From positions 1 through 58,540 of the forward strand of contig JBAXQF010000001.1 in assembly GCA_037131875.1 (NCBI GenBank): DNA of 58,540 nt, in the 5' to 3' direction. Both the position numbers and the translations under genes were made by a program. The stretch is from Verrucomicrobiota bacterium (GTDB lineage Bacteria; Verrucomicrobiota; Verrucomicrobiia; Chthoniobacterales; Chthoniobacteraceae). The notes beneath the pieces are model-generated. The model searched no databases, had not been told where the DNA came from, and saw nothing but the letters and a program-made list of their open reading frames with translations. This document shows positions 27,976 through 37,269 of this stretch, piece by piece; the first letter of the stretch is position 1, and each line of letters begins with the position of its first letter.

Positions 27976-27990
27976 GCCGAGGTGCAAATC

Positions 27991-28024
27991 AAAAAGGCGA
28001 TCCCCTTGCGGGCATCGCCTTTTT
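27991..28024. terminator. Bidirectional rho-independent terminator between convergent genes (zinc-ribbon gene and rpsI)
   Basis: aaaaaggcgat ... atcgccttttt, with an A-tract 5-prime and a T-tract 3-prime. Confidence 0.75.
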
Positions 28025-28044
28025 GACAAACCAACCAATAAATC

Positions 28045-28440
28045 TTAACGCTTGGAGAACTGGAACCGCTTGCGAGCGCCGGGTTGACCGGATTTCTTAC
28101 GCTCTTTCATGCGCGGATCACGCATCAGGTAGCCCGCGGCCTTGAGCGCGGGGCGGTGCGCGATGTCCACCAGAAGCAGCGCGCGGGCGATGCCCAAACG
28201 GGCTGCACCGGCTTGACCAGTGGCGCCGCCGCCGCTGGTGTTGATGGCGATGTCGAACGCATTGTTCAAACTGGTAAGCGTGAGCGGTGCGAGAACGGTG
28301 TTCTGCAAGTTGACCGTCGGGAAATATTCTTCAAACGGGCGACCGTTGACTTCGATTTTGCCGGTGCCGGAAGTGAGGCGAACGCGGGCGACTGCCGTTT
28401 TGCGGCGGCCGGTGGCGTTGTTAAGTTGGGTAGTTGCCAT
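28045..28440 (-). CDS. rpsI: 30S ribosomal protein S9
   Basis: [19 protein letters not shown] and C-terminal [18 protein letters not shown]. Confidence 0.95.
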   Translation of the reverse strand: MATTQLNNATGRRKTAVARVRLTSGTGKIEVNGRPFEEYFPTVNLQNTVLAPLTLTSLNNAFDIAINTSGGGATGQAGAARLGIARALLLVDIAHRPALKAAGYLMRDPRMKERKKSGQPGARKRFQFSKR

Positions 28441-28464
28441 AGATGCAGTAGATCGGGAAAGGGA

Positions 28465-28896
28465 TTAGATCGAGGTGACCGGGATGGGTTGCTGGGAAGC
28501 GTGCGGATGCTCCGCGCCGGCATACACTTTGAGCTTGGTGAAAACGCTGCGTCCCAGACGGTTGTGGGGAAGCATGCCCTTCACGGCGTGTTCGATGAGC
28601 AACTCGGGGTGATGTGCCCGGCGTTGCTTGAAGTTCTCGGTATGGTGGCCGCCCACGAAACCGGAGAAAGTCATGAAAGTCTTGGCTTCTTCTTTTTTGC
28701 CCGTCACGCGAACTTTGTCGGCATTGATGACGATCACGAAATCGCCGGTGTCAACGTGGGATGTGAAAATGGCCTTCTCCTTGCCGCGCATCAGGTTGGC
28801 AGCCTTTACGGCTACACGGCCCAGGACTTGGTCCTTGGCGTCGATGATCCACCAGTTGCGCTTCACCTCGTTGGCTTTAGCTGAAAATGTCTTCAT
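28465..28896 (-). CDS. rplM: 50S ribosomal protein L13
   Basis: WWIIDAKDQVLGRVAVKAANLMRGK. Upstream of rpsI. Confidence 0.95.
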   Translation of the reverse strand: MKTFSAKANEVKRNWWIIDAKDQVLGRVAVKAANLMRGKEKAIFTSHVDTGDFVIVINADKVRVTGKKEEAKTFMTFSGFVGGHHTENFKQRRAHHPELLIEHAVKGMLPHNRLGRSVFTKLKVYAGAEHPHASQQPIPVTSI

Positions 28897-29117
28897 ATTA
28901 CTACTGTCTAACTGTCAAAAGGGCGAGCAAGGTAGTGGCGGGTGCCACCCCTGTCAATTGTTTCTCTTGTGGTGGCACAACATTATGCTGTGCCGCCAAC
29001 CTCCCAACCACTCAGCTGGGTGATTTTTATCCGCCCTGAACCGCCAAGCAAATCACAGAACAGGCCGTCGATGCAAGGAGGAAATAAAAAAACACGAGTC
29101 AAACGTATCTGAAATCT

Positions 29118-29257
29118 ATCAGGAACTCAGGAAATCAGGAAAAGACAGAAGAGACATCTTCGGAGCAATTGTTTTTTGCTGGGATGGGATAGAGTTCTTC
29201 AGAAAGGTAACTTGCTTGGGCTCCGCCCTTCTTTTCCTGATTTCCTGAGTTCCTGAT
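29118..29257. mobile_element. MITE-like element with 28-bp TCAGGAA-type terminal inverted repeats
   Basis: atcaggaactcaggaaatcaggaaaaga is inverted at 29230-29257. The core is homologous to 23931-24054 in the opposite orientation. Confidence 0.7.
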
Positions 29258-29316
29258 CGTCTTTTGTCTTTGGCAACGCGGCCCGGCTTGTGCAAAGTGT
29301 CTCTCCCCTAGCGCCT

Positions 29317-31842
29317 ATGTCCTCCGAAACCCTCACGCCCATGATGCAGCAGTACCAGAGCATCCGGCGAAGTCTGCCTGCGGATACCCTGCTCATGTAC
29401 CGGCTGGGGGATTTTTTTGAGATGTTCTTCGAGGACGCCAAGGAAGCCTCCGCCCTGCTCAATGTCGCCCTCACCAAACGCGGCCAAACCCCCATGTGCG
29501 GCGTCCCGGCCCAGGCGGCGGACGGCTACATCGCCAAGCTTGTCGCCGCCGGACGGCGCGTGGCCATTTGCGACCAGGTGGGCGAGGCGCAGCCGGGGAA
29601 AATCGTCAAACGGGAGATCACGCAGGTCATCAGCCCCGGCACCATCGCGGACTTGAATCTCCTCGACGCCAAGCGCAACAACTATCTCGCGGCGGTTTTT
29701 GAACACAAGGGGGTCTTCGGGTTCGCCTTCGCCGACACCAGCACCGGCGAGTTTCGCCTCACGGAATTGCCGGATGCCGCCGCGCTGGAGGACGAACTGG
29801 CCCGCGTCGCCCCCGCCGAGACGCTCATCGCCGACGACCAGCAGGCCGCGCTCCCTCCCATCCCGTTCGCGGTGCCTTGCGACGGCTACATTTTCCTGCC
29901 CGACCACGCCGGGTTCACCCTGCGCGACCATTTCAAAGTGCAATCGCTCGACGGCTTCGGCTGCTCCGGCATGACCGCCGCCACGGGCGCGGCGGGCGCG
30001 ATCCTCCACTACCTCAAGCACCAGATGCGGCGGCAGGCGGGCAACCTCCTCACGCTCTCGGTCTACCGCAACAGCGCCTACCTGACCGTGGACGCCGTCA
30101 CGCAGGCCAACCTGGAACTGGTGGCCTCGCGCGGCTCGCGCAACATGAGCCTCTTAAACGCGCTCGACCGGACAATGACGCCGATGGGCGGACGGCTGCT
30201 GCGGCACTGGATTCTCCATCCCCTGCGCGAACTGGCCCCGCTCGTGGCCCGCCAGCAGACGATCGCCGATCTGCTCCAGGACTCCTACCTGCTCAGCAAA
30301 CTGCGCGAGGCGCTCAAGGGCATCCGCGACATCGAGCGCACCGTCGGGCGCTTGAGCGCGGCGGGCGGCAACGCGCGGGATTTGCTCGCGCTCAAGACCT
30401 CGCTGGATCAACTCCCCGAACTCCGCACCCACCTCGGCGCGCTGCTGGCGGCCAAAAGCTTTGGGGCGTCCGACTGCGCCGCCCGCTCGCTGGCGGAGCA
30501 AATCCACGCGGAGATCATCGAGTTCCCCGATTTGACCGCGGAACTGGCGCGCGCGCTCGTGGACGAGCCGCCGCTCGCCATTAAAGAAGGCGGCATCTTC
30601 CGCGACGGCTTCAACCCGCAGCTCGACGAACTCCGCGCCGCCTGCCGCGAAGGCAAGGACTGGATCGCCGCGCTCCAGCAGCAGGAGATCGAGGCGACCG
30701 GCATCAAGTCGCTCAAAGTCCGCTTCACCTCCGTCTTCGGCTACTTCATTGAGATCACCAAGGCCAATCTCGGCAGCGTGCCGGAGCGCTACCACCGCAA
30801 GCAAACGACCGTCAACGGCGAACGCTTCATCACCCCGGAACTCAAGGAGATGGAGGGAAAAATCCTCGGCGCCGACGAGCGTTCCAAAAGCGTGGAATAC
30901 GAGCTTTTCGTCGTCCTGCGTGAGCGGGTTCTGGACGACCTCATCCCGCTCCAGCAAACAGCGGCGGCCATCGCCGCGCTCGACGCCATCGCCTCGCTGG
31001 CCGAGACCGCGCGGCTCTTTGGCTACTGCCGCCCGGTGCTCACCGACGGCCTGCGCCTCGCCATCGCCGACGGCCGCCACCCGGTGCTCGACCAAAGCCT
31101 CGCGGAGGAGAAATTCGTCCCCAACGACGTGGAACTCGACGGCGACGCAAACCGGCTCCATATCATCACCGGGCCCAACATGGCCGGTAAATCCACCTAC
31201 ATCCGGCAGGTTGCCCTCATTGTCCTCATGGCTCAGATTGGGAGCTTCGTCCCGGCGGCGAGCGCGGAGATCGGCTTGGCGGATCGCATCTTCACGCGCG
31301 TCGGGGCCAGCGACGACCTCTCGCGCGGGCAATCGACCTTCATGGTCGAGATGAACGAGACGGCGAACATCCTCAACAACGCCACCGAGCGCAGCCTCGT
31401 CATCCTGGACGAGATCGGGCGAGGCACCTCCACCTTTGACGGCCTCTCCATCGCCTGGAGCGTGGCCGAATACCTCCACGACGCCGTCGGCGCACGCACG
31501 CTCTTCGCCACGCACTACCACGAGTTGACCGACCTGGAAGTCACACGGCCCGGCGTGAAAAACTACAACGTCGCCGTGCGCGAATGGAACGACCAGATCA
31601 TCTTCCTGAGGAAAATCCTTCGGGGCGGCGCGGACAAGAGCTACGGCATCCAGGTCGCGCGGCTTGCGGGCTTGCCCGCAGCAGTGCTGGAGCGCGCCAA
31701 GGAAATCCTGATCAACCTGGAAGAGGCCGAACTCAACGCCGACGGCAAACCAAAGATCGCCGAGACCCCGAGCAAGCTCCCACGGGTCAAAAAGAAGTCG
31801 CCCCCGCCTGAAGGAGACAGGCCGCAGTTGGCGCTGTTTTAG
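29317..31842 (+). CDS. mutS: DNA mismatch repair protein MutS
   Basis: TPMMQQY, GPNMAGKST, STFMVEM and DEIGRGTSTFDG. The start at MSSETL is preferred. Confidence 0.95.
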   Translation: MSSETLTPMMQQYQSIRRSLPADTLLMYRLGDFFEMFFEDAKEASALLNVALTKRGQTPMCGVPAQAADGYIAKLVAAGRRVAICDQVGEAQPGKIVKREITQVISPGTIADLNLLDAKRNNYLAAVFEHKGVFGFAFADTSTGEFRLTELPDAAALEDELARVAPAETLIADDQQAALPPIPFAVPCDGYIFLPDHAGFTLRDHFKVQSLDGFGCSGMTAATGAAGAILHYLKHQMRRQAGNLLTLSVYRNSAYLTVDAVTQANLELVASRGSRNMSLLNALDRTMTPMGGRLLRHWILHPLRELAPLVARQQTIADLLQDSYLLSKLREALKGIRDIERTVGRLSAAGGNARDLLALKTSLDQLPELRTHLGALLAAKSFGASDCAARSLAEQIHAEIIEFPDLTAELARALVDEPPLAIKEGGIFRDGFNPQLDELRAACREGKDWIAALQQQEIEATGIKSLKVRFTSVFGYFIEITKANLGSVPERYHRKQTTVNGERFITPELKEMEGKILGADERSKSVEYELFVVLRERVLDDLIPLQQTAAAIAALDAIASLAETARLFGYCRPVLTDGLRLAIADGRHPVLDQSLAEEKFVPNDVELDGDANRLHIITGPNMAGKSTYIRQVALIVLMAQIGSFVPAASAEIGLADRIFTRVGASDDLSRGQSTFMVEMNETANILNNATERSLVILDEIGRGTSTFDGLSIAWSVAEYLHDAVGARTLFATHYHELTDLEVTRPGVKNYNVAVREWNDQIIFLRKILRGGADKSYGIQVARLAGLPAAVLERAKEILINLEEAELNADGKPKIAETPSKLPRVKKKSPPPEGDRPQLALF

Positions 31843-32874
31843 TTATCGCTGTTTTGAATATTTAGCGCGGAACCGGAGAGTGCACGCCCATACCACGGCA
31901 CAAGCAACAAGCGATAAAAAGCCAACAAGATAGCTTTGCCATTTCTTCCATCCATCGGGATTTACCTCCGGGCGACCAAGCAACCAATTAAATGCCTTGA
32001 TCTGAACTGATGCCGGAGGGATTTGGTGCGCTCCTTCGAACGACATCACCGTCACAGTATCACCACATTTTGTAAGGAGATCACTATCAGTATCGACCCA
32101 ATGGTTGGCACCGATATCACGATCGCCATTTACCATTGCGACGCGAAGCTTTGGGGGATATGGCAGATTGTAATATTTCCAACCACCGAGCCAGCCGCCA
32201 TTGGCGAAGATTCCGGCCCAGGGACGCGACACTTGAGTCACATAATGGTAGGCTCGCCAAGCACCACCCGAAGCACCACCCAAAAAGACCTGCTGAGGAT
32301 CGTGAGTCACCGTTTTCTCAATCAAGGGAAGCAATAAACGAAAGCGCTCCAGCATCTCCGCTTCGATGTCCGGATTATCCTTCGTATTGCGGAAGGTGTC
32401 GCAGCACACAATGGAACACCTTGTAGATTCAGCCGCTTCGATAAAGCGCATTAAGAACCGGCGGGCATTCCCGCCGGGCTCGAACAAGATGAACAAAGGA
32501 AGCTTTTGATCCGGCTTCGTTTTGGAGGGGCGATAAACGTAAAATCCAGTACCAAGAGGACCAGTTGACTGGTGGAACGACACCGTACCGCCGAGTTTTT
32601 TACGCAACGCTTCCATCTCATCGGCAATATGCTTCCACTCCTTCAGCCATGCCTGGTCGGGAAGCGAAAAAGATTTACTCTGAAATTCGCGATCAACACT
32701 TTCGTCGATCCGCAAGTGCACAACCCCTGTGGACTCCTCATAACTCATCAACTCGGCAGAAAAACTCTCGCCCGTTTGAAGTTTCCAGTTCCGCACATTC
32801 GTGTTGGCGCGACACGTCACAGAGAGCAGGGCCAAAACGATAAGAATATAAAACCAGCGGTTCACGGTTGCCAT
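31843..32874 (-). CDS. Secreted or anchored protein with SHD1-like N-domain, alpha/beta-hydrolase-like core and C-terminal TM helix
   Basis: Signal peptide. RNWKLQTGESFSAELMSYEESTGVVHLRIDE...FSLPDQAWLKEW resembles SLA1-homology-domain-1 repeats of PVC bacteria. GGASGGAW is nucleophile-elbow-like. The gene is markedly lower in GC. Confidence 0.55.
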   Translation of the reverse strand: MATVNRWFYILIVLALLSVTCRANTNVRNWKLQTGESFSAELMSYEESTGVVHLRIDESVDREFQSKSFSLPDQAWLKEWKHIADEMEALRKKLGGTVSFHQSTGPLGTGFYVYRPSKTKPDQKLPLFILFEPGGNARRFLMRFIEAAESTRCSIVCCDTFRNTKDNPDIEAEMLERFRLLLPLIEKTVTHDPQQVFLGGASGGAWRAYHYVTQVSRPWAGIFANGGWLGGWKYYNLPYPPKLRVAMVNGDRDIGANHWVDTDSDLLTKCGDTVTVMSFEGAHQIPPASVQIKAFNWLLGRPEVNPDGWKKWQSYLVGFLSLVACAVVWACTLRFRAKYSKQR

Positions 32875-33027
32875 TCGGAATAGATGCTATCAAAATCGAC
32901 ATCCCAACAAGAGAAAAATCCCCCGCGAAAAAGTGTTTCTCTTCCGGGATTCCCAGCATAGATTTCCTCTCCACCACGCGCCTCCGGGCGCCGAACCTTC
33001 CGTCCCACACCCAACCCGCCCAACGCC

Positions 33028-34992
33028 GTGAGCAGCTACCAGGTTTTTGCCCGCAAGTACCGTCCGCAGACCTTCGACCAAGTCGTGGGGCAGGAGCACA
33101 TTACCCAAACCCTCAAGAACGCCATTGAGGCCAACCGCCTTGCCCATGCCTACCTCTTCGTGGGCCCGCGCGGCACCGGCAAGACCTCCACGGCGCGCAT
33201 CCTGGCCAAGGCGCTCAACTGCGTTCACGGCCCCACCGTCACCCCGTGCGGCGAGTGCGATCCGTGCCGGGAAATCGCCGCGGGCAACTCGCTCGACGTG
33301 CTGGAAATCGACGGCGCGAGCAACAACGGCGTCGAGCAGGTGCGCGAACTGCGCGAAAACGTCCGGTTCGCCCCCACGCGCGGCAAATACAAGGTCTACA
33401 TCATCGACGAGGTGCACATGCTCACCACGGCGGCCTTCAACGCGCTGCTCAAGACCCTCGAAGAACCGCCCGAGCACGTCAAATTCGTCTTCGCTACCAC
33501 GGATGTGCAGAAGGTGCTCCCCACCATCCTTTCCCGCTGCCAACGCTTCGACCTGCGGCGCATCCCGGCGGAGTTGATCGCCAACCACCTGCAATACATC
33601 GCCGCCCATGAGCGGATCACCCTCTCCCCGGAAGCCGCGCGCGCCATTGCCAAAGGGGCCGAGGGCGGACTGCGCGATGCGGAGTCGATGCTCGACCAGC
33701 TCGTGGCCTTCTGCGGCGAGGTGATCACGGAAACCGACGTCCTCTCCGTGTTCGGCTTCACCGCCGCGCAAACGGTCTCCGATCTTTGCGAATCCATCCT
33801 CTACGGCGACTCCCCGGCGGCGCTGGGCATCGTCCAAAACCAAGCGGAAGCCGGGCGCGACCTGAGCCGTTTGATGTCGGACTTGATCGGCCATCTGCGC
33901 AACCTGCTGGTGGCAAAGGCCGACCCGGAAGGAATCAAGAGCGAAGTCGGCGCCGATGTTTTGGCCACCTTTCAAGCGCAGGCGGATCGGATTGAAATGG
34001 ATCGCCTGCTCGATTTGATCGAACAGTTCGCAGCCGCCGAAGGCCGCATGAAATGGGCTCCCAACAAAAAGCTCCATTTCGAGATCGCCGTCATCAAGGC
34101 CATCCAGACCCTCGGGCAGGCGACCTTGACCGAGGTGCTCGACGCCCTCACGGTGCTCAAGATCGGCGGTGAACTCCCCCCTGCCAAACCGTCTCTGCCA
34201 CCGCCGCGCCCACAATCGGCTCCCCGGCCTGCGCCAAAACCCGAGCCCACTCCCGAACCGCAGTCGGCCCCGCGCCGTTCGCTCGTCGATGCCTTCCGCA
34301 AGGAAACGGGCGCACCCGCACCAACCCCAAAACCGGAGCCTGTCGCGCCTGTGCCGCCCGTGAGCGCACCCGTTCCCGCGCCGGCTCCCCGTGTGGAGGA
34401 AGCGAGCGAACCGCCGCTCGCCCCGTGGGATGACCGGCCCGAAGCACCTGCCACGCTCCCCGATACGGGAACCCTTTCTCTCTTCAGCGAAGAACTGCTC
34501 CCCACAGTTCAGGAGCCGCCGCTCCCCGTGCCCGTAGTGAAAGAAGAACGCGCTCTCGAAGCCGAAGCCCCTGCAATTCCTGAGGTGGTTGAGGAACCGC
34601 CCACGGAACCCGCGCTCGACCCTGAGCTTTGGGTGCGCCTGCTTTTGGATGTCCGCGACAAAAAACCGCTCTTGCGTTCCTGGGTGGAAGCCGGTGCACT
34701 GCTCGGCATCGCCAACGGCGTCTGCACCCTCGGATTCCCCGAAGCGGCGGCTTTTTCCATGGAATCCCTCGGCAAACCCGCCCCGCGCACCTTCCTTGAG
34801 GAAACCCTTACCCGGCTCGTCGGGCAGCCGATCACCGTGAAGCTCGAACTGCGCCCCGGCCTGGTCGTCACGCCGGTCGATTTGCCCGAAAAAGCCCCCG
34901 AAATTTCCGCAGACCCGATGGAGTCGTTCAAAAACGACCCGCTCATCCGGCATGCGCTGGATCTTTTCAAAGCCGAACTCCAAGTTGGGTAG
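33028..34992 (+). CDS. dnaX: DNA polymerase III subunit gamma/tau
   Basis: GPRGTGKTS, DEVHML, zinc module CGECDPC and a Pro/Ala-rich linker. GTG start. Confidence 0.9.
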   Translation: MSSYQVFARKYRPQTFDQVVGQEHITQTLKNAIEANRLAHAYLFVGPRGTGKTSTARILAKALNCVHGPTVTPCGECDPCREIAAGNSLDVLEIDGASNNGVEQVRELRENVRFAPTRGKYKVYIIDEVHMLTTAAFNALLKTLEEPPEHVKFVFATTDVQKVLPTILSRCQRFDLRRIPAELIANHLQYIAAHERITLSPEAARAIAKGAEGGLRDAESMLDQLVAFCGEVITETDVLSVFGFTAAQTVSDLCESILYGDSPAALGIVQNQAEAGRDLSRLMSDLIGHLRNLLVAKADPEGIKSEVGADVLATFQAQADRIEMDRLLDLIEQFAAAEGRMKWAPNKKLHFEIAVIKAIQTLGQATLTEVLDALTVLKIGGELPPAKPSLPPPRPQSAPRPAPKPEPTPEPQSAPRRSLVDAFRKETGAPAPTPKPEPVAPVPPVSAPVPAPAPRVEEASEPPLAPWDDRPEAPATLPDTGTLSLFSEELLPTVQEPPLPVPVVKEERALEAEAPAIPEVVEEPPTEPALDPELWVRLLLDVRDKKPLLRSWVEAGALLGIANGVCTLGFPEAAAFSMESLGKPAPRTFLEETLTRLVGQPITVKLELRPGLVVTPVDLPEKAPEISADPMESFKNDPLIRHALDLFKAELQVG

Positions 34993-35004
34993 AGCGTTCG
35001 GATT

Positions 35005-35102
35005 TAGCCGCAAAAAGGCGCAAAAGACGCAAGAATTCAGAAAAAGCAGGCCGAACAGCGGAAAATCCCTCTTGTTCTTTTCCTGATTTCCTGAGTTCCT
35101 GA
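35005..35102. repeat. Chimeric repeat: one CGCAAAG-like arm plus one TCAGGAA-type TIR
   Basis: gccgcaaaaaggcgcaaaagacgcaag (35005-35034), then ttcttttcctgatttcctgagttcctgat (35075-35102), ending 13 nt before the ybaB ATG. Confidence 0.6.
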
Positions 35103-35114
35103 TAAGCAATCTCT

Positions 35115-35426
35115 ATGAACATTCAAAAAATGATGAAACAGGCGCAGCAGATGCAGGCCCAGCTTGCGCGCGCCCAGGAAGAACTCGCCGCCAAAACCGT
35201 GGAAGCCACGGCGGGCGGCGGCAAAGTGACCGTCGTAGCCACCTGCGCCGGAGACGTGGTCTCCATCAAGATCGCCAAGGAAGTCGTGGATCCCGAGGAC
35301 GTGGAATTTTTGGAAGACCTCGTGCTGACCGGCGTCAAGAACGCCATCGCCAAAGGCAAAGAAGTTTCCCAGCAGGAAATGGGCAAGCTGACCGGCGGCA
35401 TGGGCCTGCCTCCCGGATTGCTGTAA
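35115..35426 (+). CDS. ybaB: Nucleoid-associated protein YbaB/EbfC
   Basis: MMKQAQQMQAQL...GGGKVTV...; conserved position after dnaX. Confidence 0.9.
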   Translation: MNIQKMMKQAQQMQAQLARAQEELAAKTVEATAGGGKVTVVATCAGDVVSIKIAKEVVDPEDVEFLEDLVLTGVKNAIAKGKEVSQQEMGKLTGGMGLPPGLL

Positions 35427-35464
35427 GGGCTTGCAGATCCCAAGCAGAACTTTCCTCGTTTCCT

Positions 35465-35660
35465 TGTTCCCAATCTCGCGATTGGGAACACACTTGTCCG
35501 CGAAACTCCGTTTCGAAAACCGAGGAGCGGTCATGCGCTCTGAGTTTGAAAAAGTACCGATGCCAATGTGCGCTCGAGGAAACAGAGTTTCCAAAACACT
35601 TGCGTTCCCAATCAGGAGATTGGGAACGAGTTGAAAGTTGAACTTGGGAACGAGTTAAAA
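35465..35660. repeat. Two GTTCCCAA hairpins plus direct half-site repeats
   Basis: tgttcccaatc tcgc gattgggaaca (35465-35490), cgttcccaatc agga gattgggaacg (35603-35628), and ttgggaacgagtt repeated at about 35620 and 35646. Confidence 0.75.
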
Positions 35661-35704
35661 ATTTGCACAACTACTTGTTGCCGCCCGTTCGTTTCCCGTA
35701 AGAT

Positions 35705-36223
35705 GTGCGGATGCTTTTTCCTCGATTTTCTTTTTGGCTCCCGGCTTTGGCCGCGATGACGCTTTTGTCGGCCTGCTGCGGGCCGGCTCCCTACCGCTAC
35801 ACCTATGTGCCGGGCAAGACGGCGGTGGTGCAACGAGGGCACGCAACAGCCCCGGAATCGGCTCCCTCCAGGGTGAAGGCGGCGATTGAGGCCGCCAATC
35901 AGATCGCCGGGTTGCCTTATCGGCGCGGCGGCGGGCATGCGCAGGTGCATGATTCGGCCTACGATTGTTCCGGCGCAACCTCCTTTGTGCTCCGCGAGGC
36001 GGGGTTGCTCCCGGCACCCATTCCCTCCACCAGCTTCCGCAAGTATGGGGAAGGGGGCAAGGGGGATTGGATCAGCGTTTATGCCCGCAAGGGGCACGTC
36101 TTCCTGGTGGTGGCGGGCCTGCGTTTTGACACCGGCTATGGCAACGGAGCCAAGGGGCCGCAGTGGACGACCTTGGATCGCCCGGTCAACGGCTGCGTCG
36201 TGCGGCATCCGGTGGGACTCTAG
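35705..36223 (+). CDS. NlpC/P60 (C40) family peptidase-like lipoprotein
   Basis: Lipobox LLSAC. Catalytic-type YDCSGATSFVL and KGHVFLVV. Confidence 0.6.
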   Translation: MRMLFPRFSFWLPALAAMTLLSACCGPAPYRYTYVPGKTAVVQRGHATAPESAPSRVKAAIEAANQIAGLPYRRGGGHAQVHDSAYDCSGATSFVLREAGLLPAPIPSTSFRKYGEGGKGDWISVYARKGHVFLVVAGLRFDTGYGNGAKGPQWTTLDRPVNGCVVRHPVGL

Positions 36224-36228
36224 CGCCC

Positions 36229-37209
36229 ATGAGCCTGCTCACCAGTGACTACGATTTCACGCTGCCGGAAGGGCAGATTGCCCGCTATCCGCTGGCGCGC
36301 CGCGAGGATTCGCGGATGCTGGTGCTCCACCGGGCAGAACGGCGGATCGAACACCGGCATTTTCGCGATTTCCCGGCGTTTTTGCGCGGGGGGGATTTGG
36401 TAGTACTCAATAATACACAGGTGATTCCCGCGCGCGTGTTTTCCGACGACGGAAAAATCGAGCTGCTCTTTCTCGAAGCCGCAGGGGAGAATACTTGGAA
36501 GTGCATGGTGAAGCCGGGCCGCCGGATGCGCCTCGGGCGCACAGTGTCGGTCGGTGGGGTGGAAGGCATGGTCGTCGAGGTGCTGGAAACCGGGGAGCGC
36601 ATTGTGCAATTTGGCGCGCCCGTGGATCTCAACGCAGTGGGGCACATTCCCTTGCCGCCGTATTTCGAGCGCGCCTGCGAGCCGGGGGACGAGGAACGCT
36701 ACCAGACGGTTTATGCCAACGCGCCGGGAGCCGTGGCCGCGCCGACGGCCGGGCTGCATTTCACGCCGGAGATTCTCGCGCAAACGCCGCACGCGTTTGT
36801 CACGCTGCACGTCGGCGCGGGGACGTTCAAGCCGGTGCAGGCGGAGCGGATCACCGACCACGTGATGCACCGCGAGCGCTACTCCATCCCGCCGGAAACG
36901 GCTTCAGCAGTGGCTGCGGCGCGGCGGGTGGTGGCAGTGGGGACGACGAGTCTGCGTGTGCTCGAGTCGCGCGCGCGGGACGAAGGGAGCGTGACGGCGG
37001 GCGAGGGGAGCACGGATATTTTCATCCACCCCGGCTACGCGTTCCGCTGCGTCGGCGCGTTGCTGACGAATTTCCACCTGCCGAAATCCACGCTCCTCAT
37101 GCTGGTCTCCGCGTTCGCGGGCCGCGAGTTTGTGCTGGAGGCCTATGCAGAGGCGATCCGCGAAGGCTACCGGTTTTACAGCTACGGAGACTGCATGCTG
37201 GTGGTGTAA
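36229..37209 (+). CDS. queA: tRNA preQ1(34) S-adenosylmethionine ribosyltransferase-isomerase
   Basis: YDFTLPEGQIARYP, TAGLHFT, VGAGTF and VGTTSLR. Confidence 0.92.
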   Translation: MSLLTSDYDFTLPEGQIARYPLARREDSRMLVLHRAERRIEHRHFRDFPAFLRGGDLVVLNNTQVIPARVFSDDGKIELLFLEAAGENTWKCMVKPGRRMRLGRTVSVGGVEGMVVEVLETGERIVQFGAPVDLNAVGHIPLPPYFERACEPGDEERYQTVYANAPGAVAAPTAGLHFTPEILAQTPHAFVTLHVGAGTFKPVQAERITDHVMHRERYSIPPETASAVAAARRVVAVGTTSLRVLESRARDEGSVTAGEGSTDIFIHPGYAFRCVGALLTNFHLPKSTLLMLVSAFAGREFVLEAYAEAIREGYRFYSYGDCMLVV

Positions 37210-37269
37210 GAAGGATTTTTCCCCAAATTTTTCTTGCCCGTTTGGTGTACCATGCTAAATAGGACACAC

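Noticed and set aside
34657-34668. A-rich run GAC AAA AAA CCG in dnaX as a possible programmed -1 frameshift site
   Set aside because: In the zero frame it is not an X XXY YYZ heptamer. It lies at residue 543 of 654, far C-terminal of the usual gamma/tau junction, and I saw no downstream stem-loop.
30154-35109. Minus-strand ORFs 30154-31521 and 32890-35109
   Set aside because: They are antisense to mutS and dnaX, both of which have unmistakable motifs on the plus strand.
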